Positions 1-7,939 of a stretch of 64,000 nucleotides of DNA are shown in pieces. The notes below the pieces were generated by a model. It saw only the letters and a program-made list of their open reading frames with translations. It did no database searches and was not told the origin of the DNA. Source of the stretch: Candidatus Methylacidiphilales bacterium (GTDB taxonomy: Bacteria > Verrucomicrobiota > Verrucomicrobiia > Methylacidiphilales > Verrucolacustridaceae); assembly GCA_040397425.1 (NCBI GenBank), contig JBBAWA010000001.1:12696-76695 (forward strand), read 5' to 3'. A program made the position numbers and the translations under genes. Within the stretch, counting starts at the first letter, position 1. Each line of letters opens with the position of its first letter.

Positions 1-7
1 TTTCTCC

Positions 8-163
8 ATGGCTCTATTTGATGATCAAAACTTTGATCGTGCAATGGGCGAAGCCGAATCAATGAGCCATGCCACTTGTCGTGCTTTTGACGAAGCCTTT
101 TCCGAATTGACCATGATGAATGTCCTGGCTGCCCTGGCTAATGCGGAGGCTGATAATGATTGA
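8..163 (+). CDS. Small hypothetical protein (51 aa; may be 5'-truncated)
   Basis: ORF MALFDDQNFDRAMGEAE... read by hand; stop overlaps the next start. Confidence 0.45.
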   Translation: MALFDDQNFDRAMGEAESMSHATCRAFDEAFSELTMMNVLAALANAEADND

Positions 164-341
164 GTTTTACACCATTGGCTTCTGGGGGACTGCGCTCACG
201 CTTGTGCGGCCCAATCGGGCAAATAGCGTGAAGGAATGGACAATGGCCTTTGCTGGGGGCTTGCTTTGGCCCATCGTCTTGCCTTATTCTTGGACTCGCC
301 GGATCATTCGTATTTGGAGGAAATCATGGAAAAGGCGCTGA
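156..341 (+). CDS. Small membrane protein
   Basis: Two hydrophobic stretches, LLWP motif and basic tail. Confidence 0.55.
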   Translation: MIEFYTIGFWGTALTLVRPNRANSVKEWTMAFAGGLLWPIVLPYSWTRRIIRIWRKSWKRR

Positions 342-676
342 AGGAGAAGTGGCTTAAGGCTTTGAGGAGCGGGCGGTATAAGCAGACTAGAAAAGCGCTA
401 AAAAGGCAATCCGAAAACGGAGATTGCCGTTACTGCTGCCTAGGTGTGCTGTGTGATGTTAGTGGCGAAGGTAAATGGGTGGAGCTTGGATGTAGGGAGA
501 TTAGGTACACATTCGTGGACGGCACAATGGCAGGGGCTCTATCTCCAGAGTTCAAGAAAAGGCATGGAATACCTCTCAAGACAATGAATCTGTTAATCGC
601 AATGAACGACGACAATGGCATGTCATTTGAGGAAATAGCCGATTGGATTGAAACCAACATCAAAGAGGAAGCATGA
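326..676 (+). CDS. Hypothetical phage protein (W..ALRSG.YKQ / CCLGVLCD family), paralog 1
   Basis: GGAGG upstream of ATG 326; KWLKALRSGRYKQ, YCCLGVLCD, MND..G.SFEEIADWIE. Confidence 0.85.
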   Translation: MEKALKEKWLKALRSGRYKQTRKALKRQSENGDCRYCCLGVLCDVSGEGKWVELGCREIRYTFVDGTMAGALSPEFKKRHGIPLKTMNLLIAMNDDNGMSFEEIADWIETNIKEEA

Positions 677-1059
677 ACTTTTTTCCCGATTCCATGGAAA
701 CACATCCTATGGACCCTGCAATCAAAGAGCAATGGACAAAAGCCCTGAGGAGTGGTGAATACAAGCAAGGCAAGCTAAGGCTTAATACATTGGATCTCCC
801 CGAGGGCACTGTTTATTGCTGTCTCGGCGTCTTATGTGACTTGCACAATAAAACAACTGGAGAGGGACAGTGGAGTGATGTCATTGAGATAACGGGAGGC
901 TACATGGTACGCGAATACGATCGTGACCGCAATTACCCCCCCGATTCCGTGCAAAGCTGGTCTCGATTGTCCTTCGCAATGACAACGGCTTTATCTGAGG
1001 TCAATGATGATGGGGCTGATTTTTCTGCCATTGCCGATTGGATTGAGGAGCACTTGTGA
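673..1059 (+). CDS. Hypothetical phage protein (same family), paralog 2
   Basis: QWTKALRSGEYKQ, YCCLGVLCD, VNDDGADFSAIADWIE; ATGA overlap. Confidence 0.85.
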   Translation: MNFFPDSMETHPMDPAIKEQWTKALRSGEYKQGKLRLNTLDLPEGTVYCCLGVLCDLHNKTTGEGQWSDVIEITGGYMVREYDRDRNYPPDSVQSWSRLSFAMTTALSEVNDDGADFSAIADWIEEHL

Positions 1060-1493
1060 TGACAACAATCAATGACACCTGCACTCAACTTTTTGTCAAG
1101 AAAGGGAGGCGCTACGTACCGTGGGGCAATGCAAATGATTGGAGCCATGACGATGACTTTATGGAGGCAGGCTCTTTTCGTCTTGTCCATTGCATTTCCG
1201 ATGGTCACACTCGCACTTACATGCGCATTGAGCCCGACTATACTGCCTTCCTGGCTGCCGCTTCCGTGGCTCAAGTGGCCATGGAAAAGGCCATGGAGGA
1301 GGCTGCTAAAGGCAAGCCCATGAAGCAGGATCAGCCTTACACGGAAGAACAGCAAAAGCTCATTCAGGACTTTCGTGATGCCATGGCCAACACCGGAGCT
1401 TTAGTGCCATCATTCTGGAGCCATGGCTGTGCTAGTGACATTGCTTGGGCTGGTATCACGGCAGTCAGGAAAGCAATGGAGGAAAGCCAATGA
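1056..1493 (+). CDS. Hypothetical phage protein
   Basis: Overlap-coupled ORF; LFVKKGRRYVP motif. Confidence 0.75.
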   Translation: MMTTINDTCTQLFVKKGRRYVPWGNANDWSHDDDFMEAGSFRLVHCISDGHTRTYMRIEPDYTAFLAAASVAQVAMEKAMEEAAKGKPMKQDQPYTEEQQKLIQDFRDAMANTGALVPSFWSHGCASDIAWAGITAVRKAMEESQ

Positions 1494-1903
1494 GCAACAA
1501 CGAACAACTGCCAACCATCGACCCCAACAGTATGACCAGCGCTTCGCCAGTCCCCTCTCCATCGCCCCAGCCTGAGCATCCCTCCTTGGAGGAGGCTCTG
1601 CAAGCCCTTAATGCCCTCGCCATGGGCGGTCAAACGCTAATGGAGGTTAGGAACGACTACATCACTGTCAGGGATGCCCTGTTAGCCCTTAATGTTGATG
1701 CTAGGCGCTATCGCTGGATCAGGGAACAAAGCGGCAGGCCCTTTGAGCTTATCAGCAGCGGAGTGCCATGGTTTGATGAAAATGGAAAAAGCTACACTTG
1801 TGCATTTAATCTTCACATAAGGCAAGTGGGCTATCGTGGGCGCGAGCGTCTTGACGACTTAATGGATGAAGTAATGGCAGATTTTCCAATGGAGGCGGAA
1901 TAA
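1490..1903 (+). CDS. Hypothetical phage protein (DARRYRWIR motif)
   Basis: GGAGG RBS, ATGA overlap, DA.RYRW.R motif common in small phage proteins. Confidence 0.75.
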   Translation: MSNNEQLPTIDPNSMTSASPVPSPSPQPEHPSLEEALQALNALAMGGQTLMEVRNDYITVRDALLALNVDARRYRWIREQSGRPFELISSGVPWFDENGKSYTCAFNLHIRQVGYRGRERLDDLMDEVMADFPMEAE

Positions 1904-2181
1904 TGTATCACATTGTTCTCACCCCGGAGGAACTACGAAGCATCCTTAGGGGGGAAGCCACTTATCGCAGGTGTCCTGACTGTCAAGGCGAAGGAGAGGC
2001 ATGGTTTATTGAGTATGCTCTTAAGGAGCGTCCGCATGATGATTTGCAAAGGCCATGCTCGGCTCAGGAGGGTTCCGATTTTGTCATTGACGATTGGCCG
2101 GATTATGCTTATGGCATAGTGGGCCACGAACCTTGCGAGACTTGCGACAGTGTTGGCTATGTGCCTTCTATTGATGGGTGA
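1903..2181 (+). CDS. Small zinc-finger protein (CxxCxGxG, DnaJ-like repeats)
   Basis: CPDCQGEG and CETCDSVG. Confidence 0.75.
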   Translation: MYHIVLTPEELRSILRGEATYRRCPDCQGEGEAWFIEYALKERPHDDLQRPCSAQEGSDFVIDDWPDYAYGIVGHEPCETCDSVGYVPSIDG

Positions 2182-2257
2182 ATGTGATGGCAATGGTCAA
2201 AATGGCTACACAACATAATTGACTAGAGCCCTTACAATAGATCAAAGCCTTTTGCCA

Positions 2258-2449
2258 ATGATTCCTTTTTCGCAATACGTTGATCCATGGTACATTGGCA
2301 AGATTAAGGTGTGGCCTTGCTATAGTCGCCCTGGCTTCCAGTGGTTTATTGCCTACGAAGGCAAGCCCTACTGGTTCAGGAGCAAGGCCGAGGCCATGCT
2401 ATTTGCTAAAGACAAGTTAGACGCACCGGAAGATGGCATTTGCAACTGA
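2258..2449 (+). CDS. Small hypothetical protein
   Basis: Aromatic-rich ORF downstream of TACAAT (2233-2238). Confidence 0.65.
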   Translation: MIPFSQYVDPWYIGKIKVWPCYSRPGFQWFIAYEGKPYWFRSKAEAMLFAKDKLDAPEDGICN

Positions 2450-2455
2450 GTTTTC

Positions 2456-3181
2456 ATGATTGACGGTCCGTTCTTTAAGTGGTTCGGTTCTAAGTGGATT
2501 GCCAGCAAGCACTACCCACGTCCCGCCCATCGCGTTATTATTGAGCCCTTCGCGGGAAGTGCTTGTTATTCCCTGCGCCACTACCAGCATGATTGCGTGA
2601 TTGCAGAAGCCGATGAGCATTTGTATAAGCTATGGCAGTGGTTAATTACGGAGGCCACCGAGGATGCGATTCGCTCTATCCCATTAAACATTCCAGTGGG
2701 CACCGACATTCGCTGTCTCGGCCTTTCCGAAGGTCAGTCTCTTCTGCTAAAGTCTTGGCAGCGTACTAACAACGTGGGTAATTGCTGGACAATTTCACCG
2801 TGGGGAAATAAGCCAGGGCAATGGACTGCCACATCTCGATCAAGGGTTGCAGAACAGCATACGCTAATTAAACATTGGAAAGTTAAGCAATGTGGGATTG
2901 ATTTGCTGACCAACTTCGCCAATCCGGCTACTTGGTTTATTGATCCACCGTACCAATACAACTACAAGTATCGCCTTCCATTTGTGGACAATTACCAAGA
3001 ATTTGGGCGCTCAATTCTCAAACTAGAAGGGCAAATTATCGCCTGTGAAGCACGCCGCCCTAAAACCGGAATTACCCCGACCTATCTCCCATTTGAGCGC
3101 TTTCGGGATACGGTCACAAGTCGCCGCAAGTCGCATCAGTCGCATCACAGCAAGGAATTGCTCTATCATCGCCCATGCTAA
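2456..3181 (+). CDS. DNA adenine methyltransferase (D12/Dam-like)
   Basis: PFFKWFGSK, IEPFAGS (motif I), FIDPPY (motif IV). Confidence 0.85.
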   Translation: MIDGPFFKWFGSKWIASKHYPRPAHRVIIEPFAGSACYSLRHYQHDCVIAEADEHLYKLWQWLITEATEDAIRSIPLNIPVGTDIRCLGLSEGQSLLLKSWQRTNNVGNCWTISPWGNKPGQWTATSRSRVAEQHTLIKHWKVKQCGIDLLTNFANPATWFIDPPYQYNYKYRLPFVDNYQEFGRSILKLEGQIIACEARRPKTGITPTYLPFERFRDTVTSRRKSHQSHHSKELLYHRPC

Positions 3182-3202
3182 TTGCCGAAGCCTGAGCTTT
3201 GA

Positions 3203-3211
3203 TGCTAGGCT
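3203..3211 (+). promoter_or_regulatory. Extended -10 promoter candidate (TGCTAGGCT) for RNR
   Basis: TGn-TAnnnT about 45 nt upstream of ATG 3254; the motif recurs upstream of other genes. Confidence 0.45.
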
Positions 3212-3227
3212 ACCTCTGTTCACCCCT

Positions 3228-3247
3228 GGGGCCTTGAGGCCCCTTTT
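3228..3247 (+). terminator. Hairpin plus T-run immediately before the RNR start
   Basis: GGGGCC-TTGA-GGCCCC-TTTT. Confidence 0.5.
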
Positions 3248-3253
3248 CTGTCT

Positions 3254-4651
3254 ATGGCGCTCAAAGACAACGCTCGCTGCCTGCCCATTGCTCGTACTGG
3301 TCGTGTGCAGGATTGGATTGATGATCCATCTGGCCGCCTTCCCGTTTCCTGTACTGTCTTTGTCGTTGAAGACTGCATGGAAGACGAAGATGGTATTGAA
3401 GCGTCATGGCGTTTCGTCTCGCATGGTTTGCGGAATGGTGCTGGAGTTGCTGTTCATTTGTCCAAACTGCGCCCCGAAGGTAGTGACAATGGAAAAGGAC
3501 TTATCGCTAGTGGCCCTGTTAGTTTCGGCATGATTTATAGCAAGCTCAATGAAGTGCTACGTCGTGGTGGAAAGTTCAAAAATGGAGCCGTGGTGTTGCA
3601 TCTTGACTACTCCCACCCTGATGCCATTAAGTTTGTATCAGCGCCACGGCATTTGTTTCCATGGGCGAAACGCTGCTTGAATGTTGACAATCATTTCCTA
3701 GACAAAGCCTCACCGAAATTGATTGCCGCCACGATTAAGGGTATCACAAATGGCGACGTTTGGCTGACAAAGATTAAGACTGATGATAGTGGCTCCCGCA
3801 TTTACGGGAATGTTTGCCTGGAAGTATTGCTCCCCCATCGCGGCACTTGCCTCTTGCAGCACGTCAACCTCGGCGCATTGTCCATCATGCAGCCTGAACA
3901 GTTTATCAATGCGTTCAAGCAAGGCATGGGGCAACTGTGTGAACTGCATGGCAAGACTGGCGTTGGCGATACTGGCGAATACCTGCCTCCTTCCATTGAT
4001 CGTCAAGTTGGCCTTGGCCTCCTGGGGTTGGCAAATTGTCTTGCCATTCATGGCATTAGCTATGCGGACTTTGCCGACGCACTAGAGGGCAGCACTAACA
4101 ACGCAGATGCCAGCCGCCTAGTTGACCTGATGCGCTCAGGCATTAACGAGGCTGCGCAAATTGCCCGTGATAACGAAATGGAACGTGCCTTTTGCATTGC
4201 CCCCACTGCCTCTTGTGCCTATCGCCACCTTGACAGCGAAGGTTTCACTACTGCCCCTGAAATTGCACCGCCCATTGGTCGTATTGTTGACCGCGACAGC
4301 GGCACTTTCAACGTAGAACCTTTCAATCATGGTGAAGTGGAAATTGCATCAGAAGTGGGGTGGGATGTTTACAAGCGCGTCGCCAATGACATTGTTAGCA
4401 TGATGCAAGCGACTGGTCTGCTCCACGGTTATTCCTACAACTGGTGGTCAGACATGGTTCAATGTGACGAAGCGTTCCTTCGTGATTGGCTGGTCAGTCC
4501 ACAAACCAGCCTATATTATGCCCTGCCTGTAATGCCAAATGTTCAAGCAAAAGATGATGCCTATGTGGCATTAGATGATGAGTTCAAGGAATTGCTTGGC
4601 TTGCAAGATGAATTGCCGCAAGGGCAGCAATGCACATCCTGTAGCGAATAA
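3254..4651 (+). CDS. nrdA: Ribonucleotide reductase alpha subunit, class I, Cyano SP type
   Basis: RLPVSCTVF, GNVCLE radical-Cys motif, IAPTASC, TSLYY (class I YY pair), C-terminal CTSC; ferritin-like beta follows. Confidence 0.92.
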   Translation: MALKDNARCLPIARTGRVQDWIDDPSGRLPVSCTVFVVEDCMEDEDGIEASWRFVSHGLRNGAGVAVHLSKLRPEGSDNGKGLIASGPVSFGMIYSKLNEVLRRGGKFKNGAVVLHLDYSHPDAIKFVSAPRHLFPWAKRCLNVDNHFLDKASPKLIAATIKGITNGDVWLTKIKTDDSGSRIYGNVCLEVLLPHRGTCLLQHVNLGALSIMQPEQFINAFKQGMGQLCELHGKTGVGDTGEYLPPSIDRQVGLGLLGLANCLAIHGISYADFADALEGSTNNADASRLVDLMRSGINEAAQIARDNEMERAFCIAPTASCAYRHLDSEGFTTAPEIAPPIGRIVDRDSGTFNVEPFNHGEVEIASEVGWDVYKRVANDIVSMMQATGLLHGYSYNWWSDMVQCDEAFLRDWLVSPQTSLYYALPVMPNVQAKDDAYVALDDEFKELLGLQDELPQGQQCTSCSE

Positions 4652-4674
4652 TACAGGCTCCCGTTATTAACCAT

Positions 4675-4700
4675 GGGGGCTCTAATCCGGCCCCCTTTTT
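4675..4700 (+). terminator. Rho-independent terminator-like hairpin between RNR alpha and beta
   Basis: GGGGGCT-CTAATCC-GGCCCCC-TTTTT. Confidence 0.6.
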
Positions 4701-4722
4701 AGTCCCTATTGCTTTTTCCATC

Positions 4723-5463
4723 GTGACTTCTTCTGCTTTGGCTTCCCCTTATCTCAACATGATTAGCAAAAAGCGGCCATGGTCTGCAGTGGCCGTGGAC
4801 AAAGGCACCGTGAAGGAAGGTGCTAGCGACACGTTGTTTCGTGCTTTGGCCCTGAGAGCCCTGGAATTGCCCGTAGCTGAGCTTTTGGAGCAAGGCATGG
4901 CAAAAGAGCTTCCTGCTACGCCAGGCATCGTAGAGGCCCTTCTTAGCAATCAGGAGGACGAGAAGCGGCACGATGAAGCCTTGAACTACGTTGCTCTTGC
5001 CCATGGCACCAATGAAGCAGCAGAGAGGGAAGTTGCATCCATTCGTAAGGCTTGGATGGATCATCCTGCCCATCCAATTCTTAAGGCTGCAATTTTGGAG
5101 CGGTCCATCTTTTTCGTGGCACTACCATTCTTTCGTTTCAATGGCGACATTGGCATGAGGACTGTCAGCCAAGACATTAGCCGTGATGAACAAGTGCATG
5201 TGGGCGTCAATAGCTTGCTGGCCACAGAACTGAACGAAGCGACAACGAATAGTCTCAATCGCTTGCGGCGTGCCACTGCCTTATGGCTTTTTGATGGCCT
5301 TACTGCCAATGCTGATAAGTGGCTGGATAAAGATTTTTGGCTGCAGCAAAGTGATAGCCTGTACGAGAAAGGCAAAGCTCCTGACATGGCTGAATCGCGC
5401 GCGAGTCGGATGATTGCGTTTTTTGAGTCACCATCCACTTCGCAACCAAGTTACGGGCGGTGA
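4723..5463 (+). CDS. nrdB: Ribonucleotide reductase beta subunit (ferritin-like)
   Basis: ELPV, DEKRH, LERSIFF and DEQVH dimetal ligands; C-terminal Tyr (PSYGR). Confidence 0.88.
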   Translation: MTSSALASPYLNMISKKRPWSAVAVDKGTVKEGASDTLFRALALRALELPVAELLEQGMAKELPATPGIVEALLSNQEDEKRHDEALNYVALAHGTNEAAEREVASIRKAWMDHPAHPILKAAILERSIFFVALPFFRFNGDIGMRTVSQDISRDEQVHVGVNSLLATELNEATTNSLNRLRRATALWLFDGLTANADKWLDKDFWLQQSDSLYEKGKAPDMAESRASRMIAFFESPSTSQPSYGR

Positions 5464-5476
5464 GCTACAATGGCTT

Positions 5477-5544
5477 GCGATAGAGGCTGATCCTCTGTGT
5501 CTATTGGGCGCATAGCCCAAAAGGCGGCACGATCAGTCCATCGC
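5477..5544 (+). ncRNA. Putative structured small RNA (long imperfect hairpin)
   Basis: GCGAT/ATCGC, GGCTGATC/GATCAGTC and TTGGGC/GCCCAA nested stems starting about 6 nt after TACAAT (5466-5471). Confidence 0.4.
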
Positions 5545-5569
5545 CATTCTTGCTTGCAAGCCCTAGGCA

Positions 5570-5580
5570 GTGCTATGATT
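5570..5580 (+). repeat. 11-bp direct repeat GTGCTATGATT, left copy (also an extended -10)
   Basis: Identical to 6642-6652. Confidence 0.75.
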
Positions 5581-5688
5581 GCGGCCATAAGAGACGCCTT
5601 ATGCCAGTTTGAGGAGCTTCTAGAGTCACAACCATCCGCGTCTCCCATCCGCTTGCTACCCGGCCCATGGTTCTTCTCATTTCCCTTC

Positions 5689-6645
5689 CACCCAGTCCGA
5701 CAGCCGGAGGGGGCAGCCCGTGACGATGGCGGCCCCCTCTCACGTCTTCAGTTGCGGCGGCGGCGTCCAGTCCACCGCATGTCTGGTGCTGGCCGCCCAG
5801 GGCGCAATCCCCTACCGCACGTTCATCTTTGCGAACGTCGGCGCCAAAGCAGAAGATCCGCGCACCCTGGCCTACATCGAAGCCACGCTCAAGCCATTCG
5901 CAGCGGCTCACGGCATCGCCTGGGTTGAGACTCAGCGCACCCGCAAAGATGGTACGCCGGTTGATCTCTACGACGAGCTACACCGCCCCATCAGGTCGAT
6001 TGATATTCCCGTGCGGATGAGCAACGGAAGCCCAGGCAACCGCAACTGCACTGTGCATTTCAAGATCAAGCCTATCGCCCGATGGATTAAGGCCAACGCT
6101 CCAGGCTGCACCTTGGGCAAGGGGATCAGCACCGACGAGCCACACCGCGCGACCCCAGCACGGGAGGACGACGGCTACGAGAGCGCCTATCCGCTGATTG
6201 AACTGGGCTATAGCCGCTCCGACTGCCTTCGCCTTGTCAAAGAAGCAGGGCTACCCCAGCCGCCCAAGTCGGCATGTTGGTTTTGCCCGTATCAGACCAC
6301 AGACAAATGGACCACTATGAGGCGTGAGCGCTCAGACCTGTTTGCGTCCGCCGTTGCCCTAGAGCGGGTGCTGAACAACAAACGGGAATTGATCGGCAAA
6401 GACCGAATTTATCTTTCCGGCGCTGGTGCTGCAAGGGGCCAGCCGCTCGATATGGTAATCCCAGACCAACTAGGACTGTTCCCTGAATGGATTGATGAGC
6501 AGGACGGCTGCGAGTCGGGCTACTGCATGACCTAAACGATCAACGGTGCCACTGGCGCGGGTGTTGGAGATTCAGCGACAGATCACGTCGGACGCACCAG
6601 CACCGCCGCTGCGGAACGATGCAGGTTCAAGTCCTGCCTGGGTGC
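5689..6645 (+). ncRNA. tRNA-like fold whose halves (5689-5703 and 6582-6645) enclose the PAPS-reductase-like ORF
   Basis: T-arm GCAGG-TTCAAGT-CCTGC (6621-6637); CTGGGTG (6638-6644) complementary to CACCCAG (5689-5695); GTCCGAC (5695-5701) complementary to GTCGGAC (6587-6593). Confidence 0.45.
5720..6535 (+). CDS. PAPS reductase / adenine nucleotide alpha-hydrolase family protein
   Basis: FSCGGGVQS, CTVHFKIKP, YPL, PPKSACWFCPY; visibly GC-richer than flanks. Confidence 0.85.
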   Translation: MTMAAPSHVFSCGGGVQSTACLVLAAQGAIPYRTFIFANVGAKAEDPRTLAYIEATLKPFAAAHGIAWVETQRTRKDGTPVDLYDELHRPIRSIDIPVRMSNGSPGNRNCTVHFKIKPIARWIKANAPGCTLGKGISTDEPHRATPAREDDGYESAYPLIELGYSRSDCLRLVKEAGLPQPPKSACWFCPYQTTDKWTTMRRERSDLFASAVALERVLNNKRELIGKDRIYLSGAGAARGQPLDMVIPDQLGLFPEWIDEQDGCESGYCMT

Positions 6646-6652
6646 TATGATT
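6642..6652 (+). repeat. 11-bp direct repeat GTGCTATGATT, right copy
   Basis: Identical to 5570-5580. Confidence 0.75.
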
Positions 6653-6701
6653 CTCCAGGACAGGGGGCTCCTCCATCCCCGGTTCGTTTTGACACAACCT
6701 C

Positions 6702-6734
6702 AGGTCTCGGGATTGGCGTCCTGGGGCCTTTTTT
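6702..6734 (+). terminator. Rho-independent terminator
   Basis: AGGTCTCGGGA-TTGGCG-TCCTGGGGCCT (with G-U pairs) followed by a T-run. Confidence 0.65.
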
Positions 6735-6788
6735 GCTGCGCCCCAGCCCTTTGTATGGTATCCTCGTAAGGCATACCGAAACAAGGCA

Positions 6789-7247
6789 ATGGTGGAGTTT
6801 GGCAAGGACACTTTGAAACTAGGACAGCAATGGAAACGGGCTGATGGGCAAGTGGCTATTGTTAGGGTCATTGAGGATGATAGGGCTAGGCTTGAGTGCG
6901 AAGACGCCTATCTTATTGACTACCATTATGCTGATGGCGGCCAAAGCCAATTTCATTGCACCATGCCAGGCAGTAAACTTGTCCAGCCTATAGACGACGG
7001 AGAACCTAAAAGTGCTCCAGTTGGTGATAGCATTGAGGACGGCGTTGTCCCTGCCGAAGAAGAGCCAATCGTACTAGAACAAGAAGTGATTGTTAATACC
7101 GCCCTCAGTAATATCATTGGGAATTACCCCAGCATTGGCTATGCAGTGGTGCGAATTGCAGGCTTGCAAATTGAAGTGGACTTTGAAGAATGCTCCCTAA
7201 CAATTCAAGACAACCCCAATCCCCATGACGCTTTTCCTAATATCTGA
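6789..7247 (+). CDS. Hypothetical protein (GQxWxxxDG domain)
   Basis: LKLGQQWKRADGQ, resembling the proteins at 58429 and 59241; TGGTATCCT upstream (6756-6764). Confidence 0.75.
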   Translation: MVEFGKDTLKLGQQWKRADGQVAIVRVIEDDRARLECEDAYLIDYHYADGGQSQFHCTMPGSKLVQPIDDGEPKSAPVGDSIEDGVVPAEEEPIVLEQEVIVNTALSNIIGNYPSIGYAVVRIAGLQIEVDFEECSLTIQDNPNPHDAFPNI

Positions 7248-7761
7248 TACACATTTCGGCCACGCCAAAGCCTGCTCTTTCCTAGACGCCAATGGCAACA
7301 AGACACGACCATGGGATACCGCAGAGGCCATGGATGAGGCAATGGTAGAACGGTGGAATGCAGTTGTCAAACCGCAAGACACTGTGTATCACCTAGGCGA
7401 TGTTGCAATTCCGCGAAAGTCACTTCAGATCCTTGGTCGTCTCAATGGCAAGAAAGCATTGATCCGGGGAAACCACGACATTTTCAAACTTTCCGACTAC
7501 ACCGCTTTCTTTTATGAGATTTGGGGAGCCTTCGTAAACAAGGATCACTACCTATTCTCCCATATTCCTTGCCATCGTGGCTCAGTAGAGCGGTATCGTG
7601 GCAACATTCATGGCCACCTGCATACAGGACGAATTACACTACCTGACGGCACCATTGATCCGCTTTACTATTCGGTGTGCGTGGAGCACACTAATTTCAC
7701 GCCAATCGCCTGGGACGTAGTGAAGACCGAAATGGAATCCCTCCAGTCAGATTTGAACTGA
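7225..7761 (+). CDS. Calcineurin-like metallophosphoesterase
   Basis: SDTHFGH, HLGD, GNHD, HGHLH motifs. Confidence 0.93.
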   Translation: MTLFLISDTHFGHAKACSFLDANGNKTRPWDTAEAMDEAMVERWNAVVKPQDTVYHLGDVAIPRKSLQILGRLNGKKALIRGNHDIFKLSDYTAFFYEIWGAFVNKDHYLFSHIPCHRGSVERYRGNIHGHLHTGRITLPDGTIDPLYYSVCVEHTNFTPIAWDVVKTEMESLQSDLN

Positions 7762-7801
7762 CACTATGCGCCTTTTAAGGGCGCTGCCTCTTCCGGTTGG
7801 G

Positions 7802-7939
7802 CTATGGAGGGGAAAGTTGTTCGGTCCAGTACACTGCGGCCCCAGCAGCCAAAAGCCGCCGATTCAATCTAATTGCTTCACGAGTGGGCAGGCAAGCCTC
7901 ATAACGTTTGCCTTGCAACGAATAGCAAAGCCTGACCAT
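7802..7939 (-). CDS. Small hypothetical protein (45 aa; not in ORF track)
   Basis: MVRLCYSLQGKRYEACLPTREAIRLNRRLLAAGAAVYWTEQLSPP; start overlaps upstream stop (TGATG). Confidence 0.6.
   Translation of the reverse strand: MVRLCYSLQGKRYEACLPTREAIRLNRRLLAAGAAVYWTEQLSPP

Noticed and set aside
3254-4651. Class II (B12-dependent) RNR call
   Set aside because: The YY pair and adjacent ferritin-like beta gene indicate class I.
5497-5928. 143-aa ORF overlapping the PAPS-reductase-like start
   Set aside because: Low-complexity Arg/Pro-rich translation overlapping a better gene and structured non-coding sequence.
6594-6645. Canonical tRNA gene or attP site
   Set aside because: Only the T-arm is canonical: no D-loop GG, no 5-bp/7-nt anticodon arm, no CCA, and no integrase in the window. 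Kept only as a tRNA-like element.
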